Of a DNA stretch of 64,000 nt, positions 63,081-64,000 are shown piece after piece. The notes beneath the pieces were generated by a model that had not been told where the DNA came from, did not search any database, and saw only the letters and a list, made by a program, of their open reading frames with translations. The translations under genes and the position numbers were made by a program. Origin of the DNA: Macrostomum lignano. Taxonomy: Eukaryota. The number at the start of each line of letters is the position of its first letter. Within the stretch, counting starts at the first letter, position 1. The stretch is taken from NCBI GenBank assembly GCA_002269645.1, contig NIVC01000841.1:1-64000 (forward strand). The letters run 5' to 3'.

Positions 63081-64000
63081 TTCACCTGTCTGGCCATTTC
63101 ACCTGCCTGTGAAATTTTTAGTATTCTTACCATTTTATTTAATAAATTTTACATGCAGTATAATTAAAAAGACATCTTTTAAAAATTAATCAAGTATTTC
63201 TAATAAAATAAAATTTAATAATATATTTTGCCTATTAGGCACCATGTCCTATGATCAGTTTTGCCTATTACCTTGTTTTTTTTACTAATATTTTGGATAT
63301 AATTTCTTCAACTTCATTTAACCAATTTTTGTACCCAATAGGCCTATACCATTCAAACCTAGGCCTAAGGCACATGACCAAGATGGCCATACACCATGAT
63401 GGCCATAGATCTATATGTCTAAATTAAAATAAAAAATAATGAGTATAGGTCTATATATTTTACTCATTTCCATTTTCCTTTTGGTAATAATTAGAAAGAT
63501 AGATGCTAAAATGGAATTATATTATATTATAATCATTCCCTTTGTTTTAGGCCTAGCATTTATTGTAGCTTGACCTATAGATGTTTATTTACTAAATAAA
63601 GCAAGTAGCCAAACATATAATAAATACCTTGTTGCATATTTAGGTATCTTATTATTGCATAGCATTATTATTAGCAATGGTTTCTTAATAAACTGATAGT
63701 GATATATTTGATATATATGGCCTTATGGGAATAAATTGGCATAAACACTAAAAAGATTGAAGTTTTTATATTATGAATAGGCCCTAATTCATTTCAAATC
63801 TATTATTGTATCAGTATTTAAAAATATGATTGATTAAAACAAAATAGTGCATGATAATAAAACAATAGCTACTAAGTTGCTAATTATTATTAAAGAAAAA
63901 GCAGATATAATAGAGATATAATGTTATGGCTATGGCCATCTTGGTCTTATACCAGGCCTAAGCCCTGGGTTTATTTTTTGTATGCAGAGTTTGCATTATA

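Overview
Animal (eukaryotic) genomic DNA with GC-rich exons and introns filled with minisatellites. The style is consistent with the flatworm Macrostomum lignano, but this is inference only. Exons were assembled by hand using GT-AG boundaries and reading-frame phase. Contents: (1) the right end of an internally deleted mariner element; (2) three tandem copies of an unannotated secreted prepropeptide ending in a urotensin-II/somatostatin-like C-x-x-K-F-C ring, with copy 1 frameshifted; (3) a 21-coding-exon, 1803-aa minus-strand TRPM-family channel (13056-37695) with about 4 N-terminal ankyrin repeats fused to the SLOG/MHR region and a degenerate NUDT9-H domain. Its introns hold an antisense DEG/ENaC pseudogene, a Gypsy LTR element with an in-frame integrase deletion, and tandem arrays built from canonical transcription-factor motifs (RFX X-box, CCAAT, ETS); (4) a probable solo LTR carrying a promoter; (5) a two-exon EFLamide/TRH-type neuropeptide precursor that the ORF track misses (42184-42719); (6) a minus-strand CLASP gene (45120 to at least 63080), apparently without TOG1. 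There is no CRISPR array, rRNA or tRNA that I can support. Most long ORFs in the track are artefacts of tandem repeats.
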